Shown here in pieces: positions 38,707-49,040 of a DNA stretch of 64,000 bases. The notes under the pieces are model-generated. The model saw nothing but the letters and a program-made list of their open reading frames with translations. It did no database searches and had not been told where the DNA came from. The position numbers and the translations under genes are program-made. Numbering within the stretch: position 1 is the stretch's first letter; the number at the start of each line of letters is the position of its first letter. The DNA is from an uncultured Bacilli bacterium (GTDB lineage: Bacteria > Bacillota_I > Bacilli_A > RF39 > UBA660): positions 81,220 through 145,219 of the forward strand of contig CAKPHC010000004.1 in NCBI GenBank assembly GCA_934155645.1, in the 5' to 3' direction.

Positions 38707-39681
38707 ATGCTAACAGAACAAGATAAAAAAATATTAACAGAAATAAAAAATATTACAGAAGAAATAAAAAAAGTTTATACACGACTATTCTATATTGAAA
38801 CTACTAATGAAGGACTTGATAAAACTGAATGTATCAAACAATTAAGAAAATTAAAAGAACAAGAAAATGATTTGTATGATGAATTAGAAATAGATACTAA
38901 TAAAGCAAGTACTATTACATATTATTTAACTGGTGAAAGCGCATCTTCAAAAATGTCAGAAGATAATATTTTTAATGCTATATATGCAGATGATTTTGAT
39001 AGATTAGTAACAAGTAGAATAATAAATAAAATTTGTTTACTTGCAGTAAGCGATGATGACTATTTAATGGAACATTTAGAAATGACATATGAATACGATG
39101 ATGAAGATGAAGACGGTTTAGAAAGTGACATAGCAATTACTAGATTAAATGAATCGCTAGACAATGACTTTGAAAGATTATTTTTAGTTCTAAATGAAGA
39201 AAACATAAAAGCTAATCCGGAAAAAGATAAATACTCTAAAGTAAAATATGAATTACTTTTCTCTTCACCAAACTCTGAAGATTATTTCTTAGATGTTGTA
39301 GAAAAAGATAAGGTATATATTTCATTTCATATGTATGGAGAAATGTATCGTATAATGGAACCCATAGTAGGGTACTTTCAAGTAGAAAAAGCAACTAATT
39401 GCTGTGCCAAAGCTATAAATGCAGTATTACATATAAATGATCCTGATGATGAAAACAGCATAATGTTATATACTTATATTAAAGCAAGTTTTACATTATT
39501 ATCTTCTAATAAAGAGTCATATAATTTAAATATATATTCAATAAAAGAATCACTCAAAGGATTAGATATAGATAGTGAATACAGTATGAGTGATACTATT
39601 AAAGAAATTAATAAATGCTTAGATAATAAAAAACTTCATCATGAAAAGTGCAAATACTTACATATAATAGAACCTAAATAA
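38707..39681 (+). CDS. Hypothetical acidic protein
   Basis: ORF with a GGGGG RBS and no recognisable motifs. Confidence 0.45.
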   Translation: MLTEQDKKILTEIKNITEEIKKVYTRLFYIETTNEGLDKTECIKQLRKLKEQENDLYDELEIDTNKASTITYYLTGESASSKMSEDNIFNAIYADDFDRLVTSRIINKICLLAVSDDDYLMEHLEMTYEYDDEDEDGLESDIAITRLNESLDNDFERLFLVLNEENIKANPEKDKYSKVKYELLFSSPNSEDYFLDVVEKDKVYISFHMYGEMYRIMEPIVGYFQVEKATNCCAKAINAVLHINDPDDENSIMLYTYIKASFTLLSSNKESYNLNIYSIKESLKGLDIDSEYSMSDTIKEINKCLDNKKLHHEKCKYLHIIEPK

Positions 39682-39759
39682 TTACATTTTTGTAATTATT
39701 TTTAAATATTTGTAAAAAACATAATGAAGTGTTATAATGTAGTAAGCGAGGTTGGGTTT

Positions 39760-41868
39760 ATGAAAAAAAAGATTAAAAACAATAAGCATAAGATAGATAA
39801 ACATATAATAAAAGATAAAATAAATAAAGTGGTAACAAATCCTGGGAAATATATTTTAAAAGGCCTAAAAGCCACAAAGAAGGTTTTTTCAGAGAATAAA
39901 GTTTTCTGTGCTTTTGTATTTTTAAATGTCGTTAATGCTTTTTTACTTAGAATGCTTACTATGAATAATACTAGTAATTTTTTTGCATTTCAACCGCTTT
40001 TAGCTGATTTTGCATTTGTACTTATTGTAGGGTCATTCGGATTTTTATTTAAAAATAGAGGAAGATACATTTATTATTTAGTTGTAACTATAATACTAAC
40101 AGCAATATGTATGATTAACTCATCATATTATACATTTTATACTTCATTTTCTTCTATATCACTAATATCAACTCTAAAATTTATAGGACAAGTAGGAGAT
40201 GCGGTAGTTGATAACGTTATGAAACCTAAAGACTTTATTTACTTACTTAGTCCAATTATTATGATTCTTATATGTTTAAAAAAGCGTAAAGAAGACAAAA
40301 TATTTAAAAATGATTATGTTGATAAACCAAAAGCTTTAAAAGTTTTAGCAGTAGGTGTTGGTTGTGTAATAGTATTTACAGCAACATTAACATCAACTGA
40401 TATAGGGCGTTTAGTAAAACAATGGAATCGTGAATATATAGTTATGAAGTATGGTATTTATACATATCACTTAAATGACTTATTCAAAAGTATTGAGCCT
40501 AAAATAACATCTTTATTCGGATATGATGAAGCAATGCGTACATTTAAAGAATACTTTGCTGAAGATAAAAATCATCCTTCTAACAAATATACAGGTATAT
40601 ACGAAGGTAAAAATATAATTGCAATTCACGCTGAAAGTATGCAAAACTTTGTTATTGGCTTAAAATTTAATGGTCAAGAAGTAACACCTAATTTAAATAA
40701 ATTAGCAAATAGTGGATTATATTTTAATAATTTCTATTCACAAGTTAGTACAGGAACAAGTAGTGATAGTGAATTTACTTACAGTACTTCATTAATGCCT
40801 GCAAATAGTGGTACAGCTTTTGGTAGTTATTATGATAGATATTATATAACTACTCAAAAAATGCTTAAAGAAAAAGGATATTATACTTTCTCAATGCATG
40901 GAAATAATGCAGATTATTGGAATAGAAGAATTATGTATCAAGCAATTGGATATGACAAATTCTATGCTAAAACTGATTATGATATAGATGAAGTTATTGG
41001 ACTAGGTATTTCTGATAAATCCTTCTTCCGTCAATCAGCTGAAAAAATTAAAAAGATTAACGAAGAACATCAAAACTTCTATGGAACTGTTATCATGTTA
41101 ACAAACCATACACCTTTTGCTGAAGTAGATAAATATGGTGAATTTGACCTTGCCTTACACGAAACAGTTTACAACGAAGCAACTGGAACTTATGAACAAG
41201 TTGATTATCCATACCTAGAAAATACTAAACTTGGTAGATATTTAAAGTCAGTTCATTATGCTGACAGTGCTTTAGGTGAATTTATCAATGAATTAGACGA
41301 AGCAGGAGTATTAGAAAATACTGTTATAGTTTTATATGGTGACCATGATGCAAGATTACCTAAAGAAGATTACCAAAAAATGTATAACTATGATAAAACA
41401 ACAGATGGAATTCTTCCTGAAACTTCTGAAGGTTACATTAACTTTGATAGTTATCAATATGAATTAAATAGAAAAGTTCCATTTATCATTTGGACAAAAG
41501 ATGGTAAATATAAAGAAGTAAACTCTAACGTTATGGGAATGTATGACGTATCACCAACTCTTGGAAATATGTTTGGATTCAATAATCCATACGCTTTAGG
41601 AAATGATATTTTTAACATTGGTGAAGATAATATAGTAGTATTCCCTACAGGAAACTGGGTAACTAACAAAGTATATTACAATAGTCAAAAAAGTGCTTTC
41701 ATGACTTTAAAAGATACAATTATTACAGATGAATATATTGAAGAGTGCAATGATTATGCAGATAGATTATTACGTGCTTCAAATGCTGTTATTGTATATG
41801 ACTTAATCAAAAAAAGTAATGAAGAACAAGCAAACGAATCTCAAGTAATAGAAAATACATCAAAATAG
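39760..41868 (+). CDS. LTA synthase family protein (LtaS-like, 5 TM + sulfatase domain)
   Basis: N-terminal TM helices followed by an extracellular sulfatase-fold domain. The start was reassigned to MKKKIKNN behind GAGG. Confidence 0.75.
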   Translation: MKKKIKNNKHKIDKHIIKDKINKVVTNPGKYILKGLKATKKVFSENKVFCAFVFLNVVNAFLLRMLTMNNTSNFFAFQPLLADFAFVLIVGSFGFLFKNRGRYIYYLVVTIILTAICMINSSYYTFYTSFSSISLISTLKFIGQVGDAVVDNVMKPKDFIYLLSPIIMILICLKKRKEDKIFKNDYVDKPKALKVLAVGVGCVIVFTATLTSTDIGRLVKQWNREYIVMKYGIYTYHLNDLFKSIEPKITSLFGYDEAMRTFKEYFAEDKNHPSNKYTGIYEGKNIIAIHAESMQNFVIGLKFNGQEVTPNLNKLANSGLYFNNFYSQVSTGTSSDSEFTYSTSLMPANSGTAFGSYYDRYYITTQKMLKEKGYYTFSMHGNNADYWNRRIMYQAIGYDKFYAKTDYDIDEVIGLGISDKSFFRQSAEKIKKINEEHQNFYGTVIMLTNHTPFAEVDKYGEFDLALHETVYNEATGTYEQVDYPYLENTKLGRYLKSVHYADSALGEFINELDEAGVLENTVIVLYGDHDARLPKEDYQKMYNYDKTTDGILPETSEGYINFDSYQYELNRKVPFIIWTKDGKYKEVNSNVMGMYDVSPTLGNMFGFNNPYALGNDIFNIGEDNIVVFPTGNWVTNKVYYNSQKSAFMTLKDTIITDEYIEECNDYADRLLRASNAVIVYDLIKKSNEEQANESQVIENTSK

Positions 41869-41911
41869 GTAGCAAATACCTATTTTTTGATAATAGAAAG
41901 AGGAAAAAATC

Positions 41912-43102
41912 ATGGAAAGAGTAATAATGATAAAATATGGTGAATTATCCACTAAAAAGGGAAATATTAACTACTTTATAGGGACACTATATAAAAATAT
42001 TCAAAACAAATTAAAAAATAATAATGTAAATATATATAAAGATATATCTAGGATGTATATAGAATTTGATGACAAAGAATTAAATAATATTTTAGAAAAA
42101 GTAAATAATATATTTGGGATACATGAATATCTAGTTGCATATAAAATCGATACTGATATTGAATTAATTAAACAAACAGTTATAGATATAATGTCTAAAG
42201 AAAAATTTAATTCATTTAAAGTAGAAACAAAAAGAAGTGATAAAAAATTTCCTATTTCTAGTTTAGACTTTTCAAGACAAATAGGTGGTTTAATTTTAAA
42301 AAATATTGAAAATAAAAAAGTAGATGTTCATAATCCAGATGTATTATTACACATTGAAATAAGAGAACACTTTACTTATATTTATACTAATGAATATAAA
42401 GGTTTAGGTGGATATCCTAATGGAACACTAGGAAAAGGAATGCTAATGTTATCTGGTGGTATTGATTCCCCAGTAGCAGGATATCTCGCTTTAAAACGTG
42501 GTATGACTATTGATGCTGTATACTTTGAAGCAATTCCTCATACTAGTCTAGAAGCAAGAAATAAAGTAATAGAATTAGCAAAAAAACTTTCAAAATATAC
42601 TAATAAAATAAAATTACATGTAATTCCATTTACTGATATTCAAGAATCTATCTATAAAAATATAGACCCAACATACTGTATTACTATTATGCGCAGAATG
42701 ATGTATCGTATAATGGAAAAACTTGTAAAAATAAATAAAGCTCAAGTAATAGTTAATGGTGAATCGATTGGACAAGTAGCAAGTCAAACTTTAACAAGTA
42801 TGCAAGTAATAAATAATGTTACTAACTTACCAGTAATTCGTCCAGTCGCATGTCTAGATAAATTAGAAATAATAGATATTGCTAAAAAAATAGATACATA
42901 TGATATAAGTATTTTACCTTATGAAGATTGTTGTACTATATTTGTACCAAAACATCCAGTAATTAATCCTAATTTAAGTGATGCTATAAAATATGAAGAA
43001 ACATTTAATTATGAAGAAAAAATAGATGAAGCAATTAAAAACAGATTAATAATAGAAATTAATGATAATCAAAATGAAAATAAATATACATCTTTGTTAT
43101 AG
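41912..43102 (+). CDS. thiI: tRNA 4-thiouridine(8) synthase
   Basis: THUMP-like N-terminus and PP-loop (LSGGIDSPVAGY). Confidence 0.85.
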   Translation: MERVIMIKYGELSTKKGNINYFIGTLYKNIQNKLKNNNVNIYKDISRMYIEFDDKELNNILEKVNNIFGIHEYLVAYKIDTDIELIKQTVIDIMSKEKFNSFKVETKRSDKKFPISSLDFSRQIGGLILKNIENKKVDVHNPDVLLHIEIREHFTYIYTNEYKGLGGYPNGTLGKGMLMLSGGIDSPVAGYLALKRGMTIDAVYFEAIPHTSLEARNKVIELAKKLSKYTNKIKLHVIPFTDIQESIYKNIDPTYCITIMRRMMYRIMEKLVKINKAQVIVNGESIGQVASQTLTSMQVINNVTNLPVIRPVACLDKLEIIDIAKKIDTYDISILPYEDCCTIFVPKHPVINPNLSDAIKYEETFNYEEKIDEAIKNRLIIEINDNQNENKYTSLL

Positions 43103-43178
43103 GTAGATTTTACCAGTAAAAAAAACGTATGAATTGTTAAATTTTTCACATTCTATAAATGTATAGGAGGTGAAAAAG

Positions 43179-43391
43179 ATGAACGGTAACAAAGATTCAA
43201 TGAAAATGCACGTTCCTGGTGCTAAACAAGCTATCGATAAAATGAAATATGAAATAGCTAATGAATTCGGTGTTAACTTAGGACCAGATACAACTTCACG
43301 TGCTAACGGATCAGTTGGTGGTGAAATTACAAAAAGATTAGTTCGTAGCGGTATGAACCAAATCAGCTCAGGTTACAGTAACAATTTCTAA
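43179..43391 (+). CDS. alpha/beta-type small acid-soluble spore protein
   Basis: [45 protein letters not shown] is the SASP signature. A GGAGGTG RBS precedes the start. Confidence 0.9.
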   Translation: MNGNKDSMKMHVPGAKQAIDKMKYEIANEFGVNLGPDTTSRANGSVGGEITKRLVRSGMNQISSGYSNNF

Positions 43392-43420
43392 TTAAGATAA
43401 ATTAATTAAGAACTATCAAC

Positions 43421-43450
43421 AAAATCGTTGATAGTTTTTGTTTTAAAAAA
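43421..43450 (+). terminator. rho-independent terminator after the SASP gene
   Basis: Stem AACTATCAAC / GTTGATAGTT followed by TTTT. Confidence 0.7.
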
Positions 43451-43507
43451 AGTTGGTAAAACGCCTATATATATGTTAAAATATTCTTATTAGAAAGAGG
43501 GATAATT

Positions 43508-44689
43508 ATGAAGATAATGTCAATTAACGCAGGAAGTAGTTCCTTAAAATTCAGTTTATTTGAAATGGATACTAAAGAAGTTTTAGTATCAGGTTTATTT
43601 GAACGTATTGGTATTGAAGGCAGTCAATATACAATTAAGTATCAAGATTTTAAAATCAAAGAACAAGTTGAATTAAAAGACCATACCGATGCAGTTAAAA
43701 TTTTATTAAACAAACTAATTGAATTAAAAATAATCGATAGTTTAGAAGAAATTGATGGAATAGGTCACAGAATAGTACATGGTGGTTCTGAATACACAGA
43801 ATCAGTTATGGTAACTAATAAAGTTGCAGAAGACATTTTAAAACTTAGTGACCTAGCACCATTACATAATACAGCTCACTATTTAGGAATAAAAGCATTT
43901 AGAGATGTATTACCAAAAACACCAATGGTTGTAGTATTCGATACAGCTTTCCATCAAACTATGGAAAAAGAAAATTATTTATATGCTTTACCATATGAGT
44001 GGTATACAAAATATAAAGTAAGAAAATATGGATTCCATGGTACTTCACATAGATACATAACTAAAAAAATTAGTGAAGAACTAGGAAGAGATGATTTAAA
44101 AATTATCAGTTGTCATTTAGGAAACGGTGGAAGTGTAACTGCTATAAAAGATGGTAAATGTGTTAATACTTCTATGGGATTTACTCCACTTGCCGGAATA
44201 GTTATGGGAACTAGAACAGGAGATGTAGACTGTTCAGTAATTCCATACTTAATGGAAAAAGAAGGTAAAAGTGCTGGTGAAATCTTAAGCGATTTCAATA
44301 AAAAGTCAGGACTTCTAGGAATAAGTCAATTAAGTAGTGACTCTAGAGACATCGAAGATGGATGTAAAGAAGGAAAAGAAAACTGCCTTTTAGCTCAAGA
44401 AATGTTTGTAAGGTCAGTTGTTAAATACATTGCTCAATACTATGTAGAACTAGGTGGAGTAGATGTAATTTGCTTTACAGCAGGAATTGGTGAAAACAGT
44501 GCTGATACTAGAAGAAGAATAGTTGAAAAACTAGGAGTATTAGGTATTAAATTAGATTTAGAAGCTAATAACACAAGAGGAAAAATTGCTAAAATTAGTA
44601 GTGAAGATTCTAGTAGCTTAGTATATGTAGTACCTACTAACGAAGAATTAATGATAGCATTAGATACTTTAGAAATAATAAATAGATAG
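43508..44689 (+). CDS. ackA: Acetate kinase
   Basis: MKIMSINAGSSSLKFSLF, and overall length and motifs. Confidence 0.9.
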   Translation: MKIMSINAGSSSLKFSLFEMDTKEVLVSGLFERIGIEGSQYTIKYQDFKIKEQVELKDHTDAVKILLNKLIELKIIDSLEEIDGIGHRIVHGGSEYTESVMVTNKVAEDILKLSDLAPLHNTAHYLGIKAFRDVLPKTPMVVVFDTAFHQTMEKENYLYALPYEWYTKYKVRKYGFHGTSHRYITKKISEELGRDDLKIISCHLGNGGSVTAIKDGKCVNTSMGFTPLAGIVMGTRTGDVDCSVIPYLMEKEGKSAGEILSDFNKKSGLLGISQLSSDSRDIEDGCKEGKENCLLAQEMFVRSVVKYIAQYYVELGGVDVICFTAGIGENSADTRRRIVEKLGVLGIKLDLEANNTRGKIAKISSEDSSSLVYVVPTNEELMIALDTLEIINR

Positions 44690-44697
44690 GAAAAATT

Positions 44698-45657
44698 ATG
44701 TTAAAAGATATTTATAAAGAAATTAAAAAATATAATAATATTGTTATTGCTAGACATATTGGTGTAGACCCAGATGCTTTAGCTAGCCAAATTTCTTTAA
44801 GAGATTCTATTAAAAAAACATTTCCTGATAAACATGTTTTAGCAGTAGGTGGTAGTAGTGCAAAATTTAATTACTTTCCTAAACTAGATAAAACAGAAGA
44901 ATTAGATAATGCCTTATTAATAGTAGTAGATACACCTGATAAAAGAAGAATTGATATTCAAAATTTTGAAGGATTTGACAGCTATATTAAAATCGACCAT
45001 CATCCCTTTATTGAAAAGTATGCTAACTTAGAATATATAGATGATACTGCAAGTAGTGCTTCAGAATTAGTCTATAGATTGATTGAACATACTCCTTTAA
45101 AAATGGATATGGATATAGCAAGAACAATAATTTTAGGAATTGTATCAGATACTAATAGATTTTTATTTAATTCAGGAGCAGTAACGTTCGGAGTTATGAA
45201 AGATTTATTAGAAGAATATCCAATTAATATGCCTGATTTATATAAAGATATATTTATGAGACCTTTAAGTGAAATAAGATTACAGGGCTATATTGCAGAA
45301 AACTTTAAAGTAACTGAAAATGGTTTAGCAAGTGTTAAAATAACTAATGACATTATAACTAAATATGGAGTAGATTCAGGTTCAGCAGGTAATTTAATCA
45401 ATAATTTTAATTATATTGAAGAAGTACTTGTATGGGTAACAATATCAGAAGATACTAAAAATAATTTAATTAAATTAAATATAAGATCACGTGGACCAAT
45501 TATTAACCATATAGCAGAAAAATATAATGGTGGTGGTCATCACTTTGCAAGTGGTGCTAGAGTAACTAGTATGGAAGAAGCAGAGGCCTTATTAGAAGAA
45601 CTAGATGAAGCATGTGAAAATTATATAGAGAATTTAGGTGATATAGATGAAGATTAA
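44698..45657 (+). CDS. nrnA: DHH-family phosphoesterase (NrnA-like oligoribonuclease/pAp phosphatase)
   Basis: DHH motif (KIDHHP) and a DHHA1-like C-terminus (GGGH). Confidence 0.75.
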   Translation: MLKDIYKEIKKYNNIVIARHIGVDPDALASQISLRDSIKKTFPDKHVLAVGGSSAKFNYFPKLDKTEELDNALLIVVDTPDKRRIDIQNFEGFDSYIKIDHHPFIEKYANLEYIDDTASSASELVYRLIEHTPLKMDMDIARTIILGIVSDTNRFLFNSGAVTFGVMKDLLEEYPINMPDLYKDIFMRPLSEIRLQGYIAENFKVTENGLASVKITNDIITKYGVDSGSAGNLINNFNYIEEVLVWVTISEDTKNNLIKLNIRSRGPIINHIAEKYNGGGHHFASGARVTSMEEAEALLEELDEACENYIENLGDIDED

Positions 45658-46240
45658 CAGTGTAGATTTATATATTAGTGCTGTAAGAAGAAGTCAGTAT
45701 CCTACAGAAGGTAAACCAGAATTCTTACTTGTTGGAAGAAGTAATGTAGGTAAAAGTAGTTTTATAAATACTGTAGTAAATAGAAAAAATTTAGCAAGAG
45801 TATCAGCTACTCCTGGTAAAACTCAAACTTTAAATTTTTATAATGTAAATGATAGTTTTTATTTAGTAGATGTACCTGGATATGGATATGCATTAACTAG
45901 TAAAGAGCAACAAAAGAAATTTGGATTAATGATTGAAGAATACTTAGAGAAAAGAGCAGAATTAAGAAGAGTATTTATGTTAGTAGACTTTAGACATAAA
46001 CCAACTGAAGATGATTTACTAATGTATAACTTTTTAAAGTATTATCATGTTCCTGTCACTATAGTAGCAACTAAAGTAGATAAAGTTAATTCAAGTAAAA
46101 AAGATGCTAACTATAAGGCATTAACAGATTCTCTAGATTTAGTAATGGGAGATGACATAGTACTATTCTCTAGTGTTACTAAATTAGGTAGAGATGAAAT
46201 AATACAAAAAATAGATGACTTGACAACCGAGATTGTATAA
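45647..46240 (+). CDS. engB: Ribosome biogenesis GTPase YihA/EngB
   Basis: G1 motif (GRSNVGKSS) and G3 motif (DVPGYG). Confidence 0.85.
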   Translation: MKINSVDLYISAVRRSQYPTEGKPEFLLVGRSNVGKSSFINTVVNRKNLARVSATPGKTQTLNFYNVNDSFYLVDVPGYGYALTSKEQQKKFGLMIEEYLEKRAELRRVFMLVDFRHKPTEDDLLMYNFLKYYHVPVTIVATKVDKVNSSKKDANYKALTDSLDLVMGDDIVLFSSVTKLGRDEIIQKIDDLTTEIV

Positions 46241-46265
46241 ATAGCCAACAAGGCTATTTTTTTAT
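46240..46265 (+). terminator. rho-independent terminator after engB
   Basis: Stem ATAGCC / GGCTAT with loop AACA, followed by TTTTTTT. Confidence 0.6.
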
Positions 46266-46295
46266 TGCCAAATCCCTAGGGGGGGGGGGTATAAT
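46265..46295 (+). promoter_or_regulatory. sigma-A-like promoter (TTGCCA ... TATAAT) whose spacer contains an 11-G homopolymer
   Basis: TTGCCA at 46265-46270, a 19-nt spacer ending in G11 (46279-46289), then TATAAT at 46290-46295. Confidence 0.5.
46279..46289. repeat. poly-G(11) homopolymeric tract
   Basis: A run of 11 consecutive G in an otherwise AT-rich intergenic region. Confidence 0.95.
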
Positions 46296-46329
46296 GATTA
46301 TGGATAAAACATAATTCGGAGGGAGTAAC

Positions 46330-48036
46330 ATGACAAAAAAGAAGATAATTATTGCAATGTGTATAGCAATACTTTTTATGATAGTAGGCTATTCATTATT
46401 ATCAACTAATTTAAATATAAAAGGTACAAGTAACTTAACAGATACTTGGGGTATTAAGATAAGCAATGTTACATATACACCAACCGGTAGAGCTTATAAC
46501 ATAGAAGAACCAACTTATACTGATACTAATATGACATTTAATGTAGGAGTAAAAGAGCCAGGCGATAAAATGGTATTTGATGTAACAGTAACTAATTATG
46601 GAACATTAGACGCTATACTAGAGAAAATTGATGCAACAACTAGTGGTAGTCAACTAATCATTTATAGTATTACAGGAATTGAAGAACAATCTAAATTAAA
46701 AAGTGGTGAAAGCTTAACTTTTCAAGTTACAACAGAATTTGATATAAATGCAACACGTTTACCACAAAGTAATAAGACTTTAAATATTAAATTATCTTAT
46801 GTACAAGATGATGGACAAAGCCTAACACCTAGTAATCCAGGTATCACTGATAATACTTTATTAGTTAAAGAAATATTAGCAAATAACACACCACAGCCAG
46901 ATACCAATATAGATTTTTCACAAATAAGTAGCGATACCAATGGTAAAGGGCTTTATTATACTTCAACTAATACAGAAGATAATAAAACAACATATTACTT
47001 TAGAGGAGCCGTAGAAAATAACTATGTAAAATTAAGAAATGCACCTGTATCAACGTGTACATATAAAGGGGAAAAATTAACATATTATAATAAAGAAGAT
47101 GACAACTACTATGATAAAGATATTACAGAATTACAATGCTTATCAACGAATGTTTGTGCTTTCTACGATGAAGATGGCACATTTGTAAACGGAGTTGTAG
47201 GGTATGATAGTGAAGAAAGTTGCAAAAATGATTGGAAAGGGACATTACTAAATGAAAAAGCAACGTATGAAACTATAGATGAATTATGGCGAATAGTAAG
47301 AATAAATGAAGATGGTAGTGTGAGGTTAATTAGGCAGGAAATAATAGAAAAGAGTGCTTTTAATGAAGAATATGAAGATAATGCCTATGTAGGATACATG
47401 TATGGAACGCCAGGTTCAACAACATATGCAGCAACGCATGCAAATATAAATTCAAGTACAATTAAAACAATGTTAGATACATGGTATCAGAACAATCTAA
47501 CAAATTATTCGTCAATAATAGCGGATGCAGGATCTTGTGGTGACAGAAGTGTAGCTCCTAGTGGGAGTACATATAATGGTTGGGACACTGCTTTAGGATA
47601 TGGAACTAATAATACAATTTACGGACCTTCATCAAGACTTATTCCAAACTATGGTAGTAGTGGAATAAATCCACAATTTAAATGTCCACAAAGTAATGAT
47701 TTATATACAACGGCAACTTCAACAAAAGGTAATAAAGCACTAACTTATCCAATCGGATTAATAACAGCCGATGAAGTAGCATATGCAGGAGGTGTACATC
47801 CCACTACTGCCAATACCGATTATTATCTAACTAATAGAGATTTTTTTTGGACAATGTCGCCTTTTTATTTTACAGGTTCGAGTGAAGTGGGGATTGTTTT
47901 TCGTGATGGTCTTATGGAGGGACACAGCGTCGACCGCGGGTGGGGTGTGCGCCCGGTCATCAATCTGAAATCTACTGTAGAAATCACAAGTGGAGATGGC
48001 ACTAGCTCTAATCCATATGTAATAAAAACTAATTAA
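46330..48036 (+). CDS. Surface/secreted protein with N-terminal signal-anchor and C-terminal DUF1566 / Fib_succ_major-like domain
   Basis: N-terminal hydrophobic helix, and a C-terminus (FFWTMSP ... GHSVDRGWGVRPVINL) resembling the ...SVRCV terminus of DUF1566/Fib_succ_major paralogous domains. It sits behind the poly-G promoter. Confidence 0.5.
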   Translation: MTKKKIIIAMCIAILFMIVGYSLLSTNLNIKGTSNLTDTWGIKISNVTYTPTGRAYNIEEPTYTDTNMTFNVGVKEPGDKMVFDVTVTNYGTLDAILEKIDATTSGSQLIIYSITGIEEQSKLKSGESLTFQVTTEFDINATRLPQSNKTLNIKLSYVQDDGQSLTPSNPGITDNTLLVKEILANNTPQPDTNIDFSQISSDTNGKGLYYTSTNTEDNKTTYYFRGAVENNYVKLRNAPVSTCTYKGEKLTYYNKEDDNYYDKDITELQCLSTNVCAFYDEDGTFVNGVVGYDSEESCKNDWKGTLLNEKATYETIDELWRIVRINEDGSVRLIRQEIIEKSAFNEEYEDNAYVGYMYGTPGSTTYAATHANINSSTIKTMLDTWYQNNLTNYSSIIADAGSCGDRSVAPSGSTYNGWDTALGYGTNNTIYGPSSRLIPNYGSSGINPQFKCPQSNDLYTTATSTKGNKALTYPIGLITADEVAYAGGVHPTTANTDYYLTNRDFFWTMSPFYFTGSSEVGIVFRDGLMEGHSVDRGWGVRPVINLKSTVEITSGDGTSSNPYVIKTN

Positions 48037-48109
48037 TATTTGGTACATTATATGTACCTTTTTTTATACCCAATATTTCTAATTCACATAATATACATTA
48101 GGTGATAAG

Positions 48110-48574
48110 ATGAGGCTTGATATAATTGATGATGATAGTTATAAGATATTTATTAACAGCAATTATATAGAAGATATAGATGTAAAAAATAAAGATGAAC
48201 TGGGTAAAATAGTTAAAGAAATAATTATAAAAATTAAGAATATATATAATATAATGTTAGAAGGCTTTTATGAAGTACACGTATATCCATTAAAATATCT
48301 TGGAATAATACTAGAAATAAGAAATATAGATAATTATTTAAATAAAACAGTAGACCTTAGAATAATTGTTCATAATGATGAAGAAATATATATTAATATA
48401 TATCTTTTAGAGTTAATAAAGAATTATAAAAATATTAAGTATTTAAACAATTCTTTTTATTTAAATATAAATGATTTGAAAAAAGAAGATGTCTATTCAC
48501 TAATAGAAAGTTCTAATATTATTTATGGAGAAGAACTTTCCAACATTAAATCTCATTGGCACAATTTGACATAA
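48110..48574 (+). CDS. Hypothetical protein
   Basis: ORF with no recognisable motifs. Confidence 0.4.
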   Translation: MRLDIIDDDSYKIFINSNYIEDIDVKNKDELGKIVKEIIIKIKNIYNIMLEGFYEVHVYPLKYLGIILEIRNIDNYLNKTVDLRIIVHNDEEIYINIYLLELIKNYKNIKYLNNSFYLNINDLKKEDVYSLIESSNIIYGEELSNIKSHWHNLT

Positions 48575-48618
48575 TAGTGTAAATATGTTATAATTACCAC
48601 TGTTTATAGGGGGATTGT

Positions 48619-48993
48619 ATGAGTAAATTAGGTAAAATAGTATTAGAAAATAATTGTGGTAATCCTAAGGTAATTATTGCTGAAGGTGGAAGATATCCTA
48701 ATGGGATTGAATTAGTTCAAAACTGTGAGGGTGAAAACTTTGTTAGTATACCAGATGATGCCATTGTTAAAACTAATTACCGTGGAAAGAAATTAGATAA
48801 CTGTAAAGCCAATTTAAATAATACAGCTATTTATAATTTAAAAATAAGAGAAATCGGTTGTTTAACTGAAGAAGGATATTATAAATTATTAAGACAATAT
48901 GTTAGTTATCAAGCTTATTTAGGTGGAACTAATTCATCTTATAAGATGGTAAGAACAGAAGTACAAGAGCAATTAATTAAAAAAATGAAATAG
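48619..48993 (+). CDS. Hypothetical small protein
   Basis: ORF with a GGGGG RBS. A terminator hairpin follows. Confidence 0.4.
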   Translation: MSKLGKIVLENNCGNPKVIIAEGGRYPNGIELVQNCEGENFVSIPDDAIVKTNYRGKKLDNCKANLNNTAIYNLKIREIGCLTEEGYYKLLRQYVSYQAYLGGTNSSYKMVRTEVQEQLIKKMK

Positions 48994-49040
48994 TTATACG
49001 GTGAATTATCACCGTTTTATTAAGAAAAGGAAGTGATATT

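Noticed and set aside
46330-46440. Type IV pilin-like N-terminus for the 46330 surface protein
   Set aside because: It lacks the G/FTLIE prepilin peptidase motif. The hydrophobic segment is more consistent with a signal-anchor.
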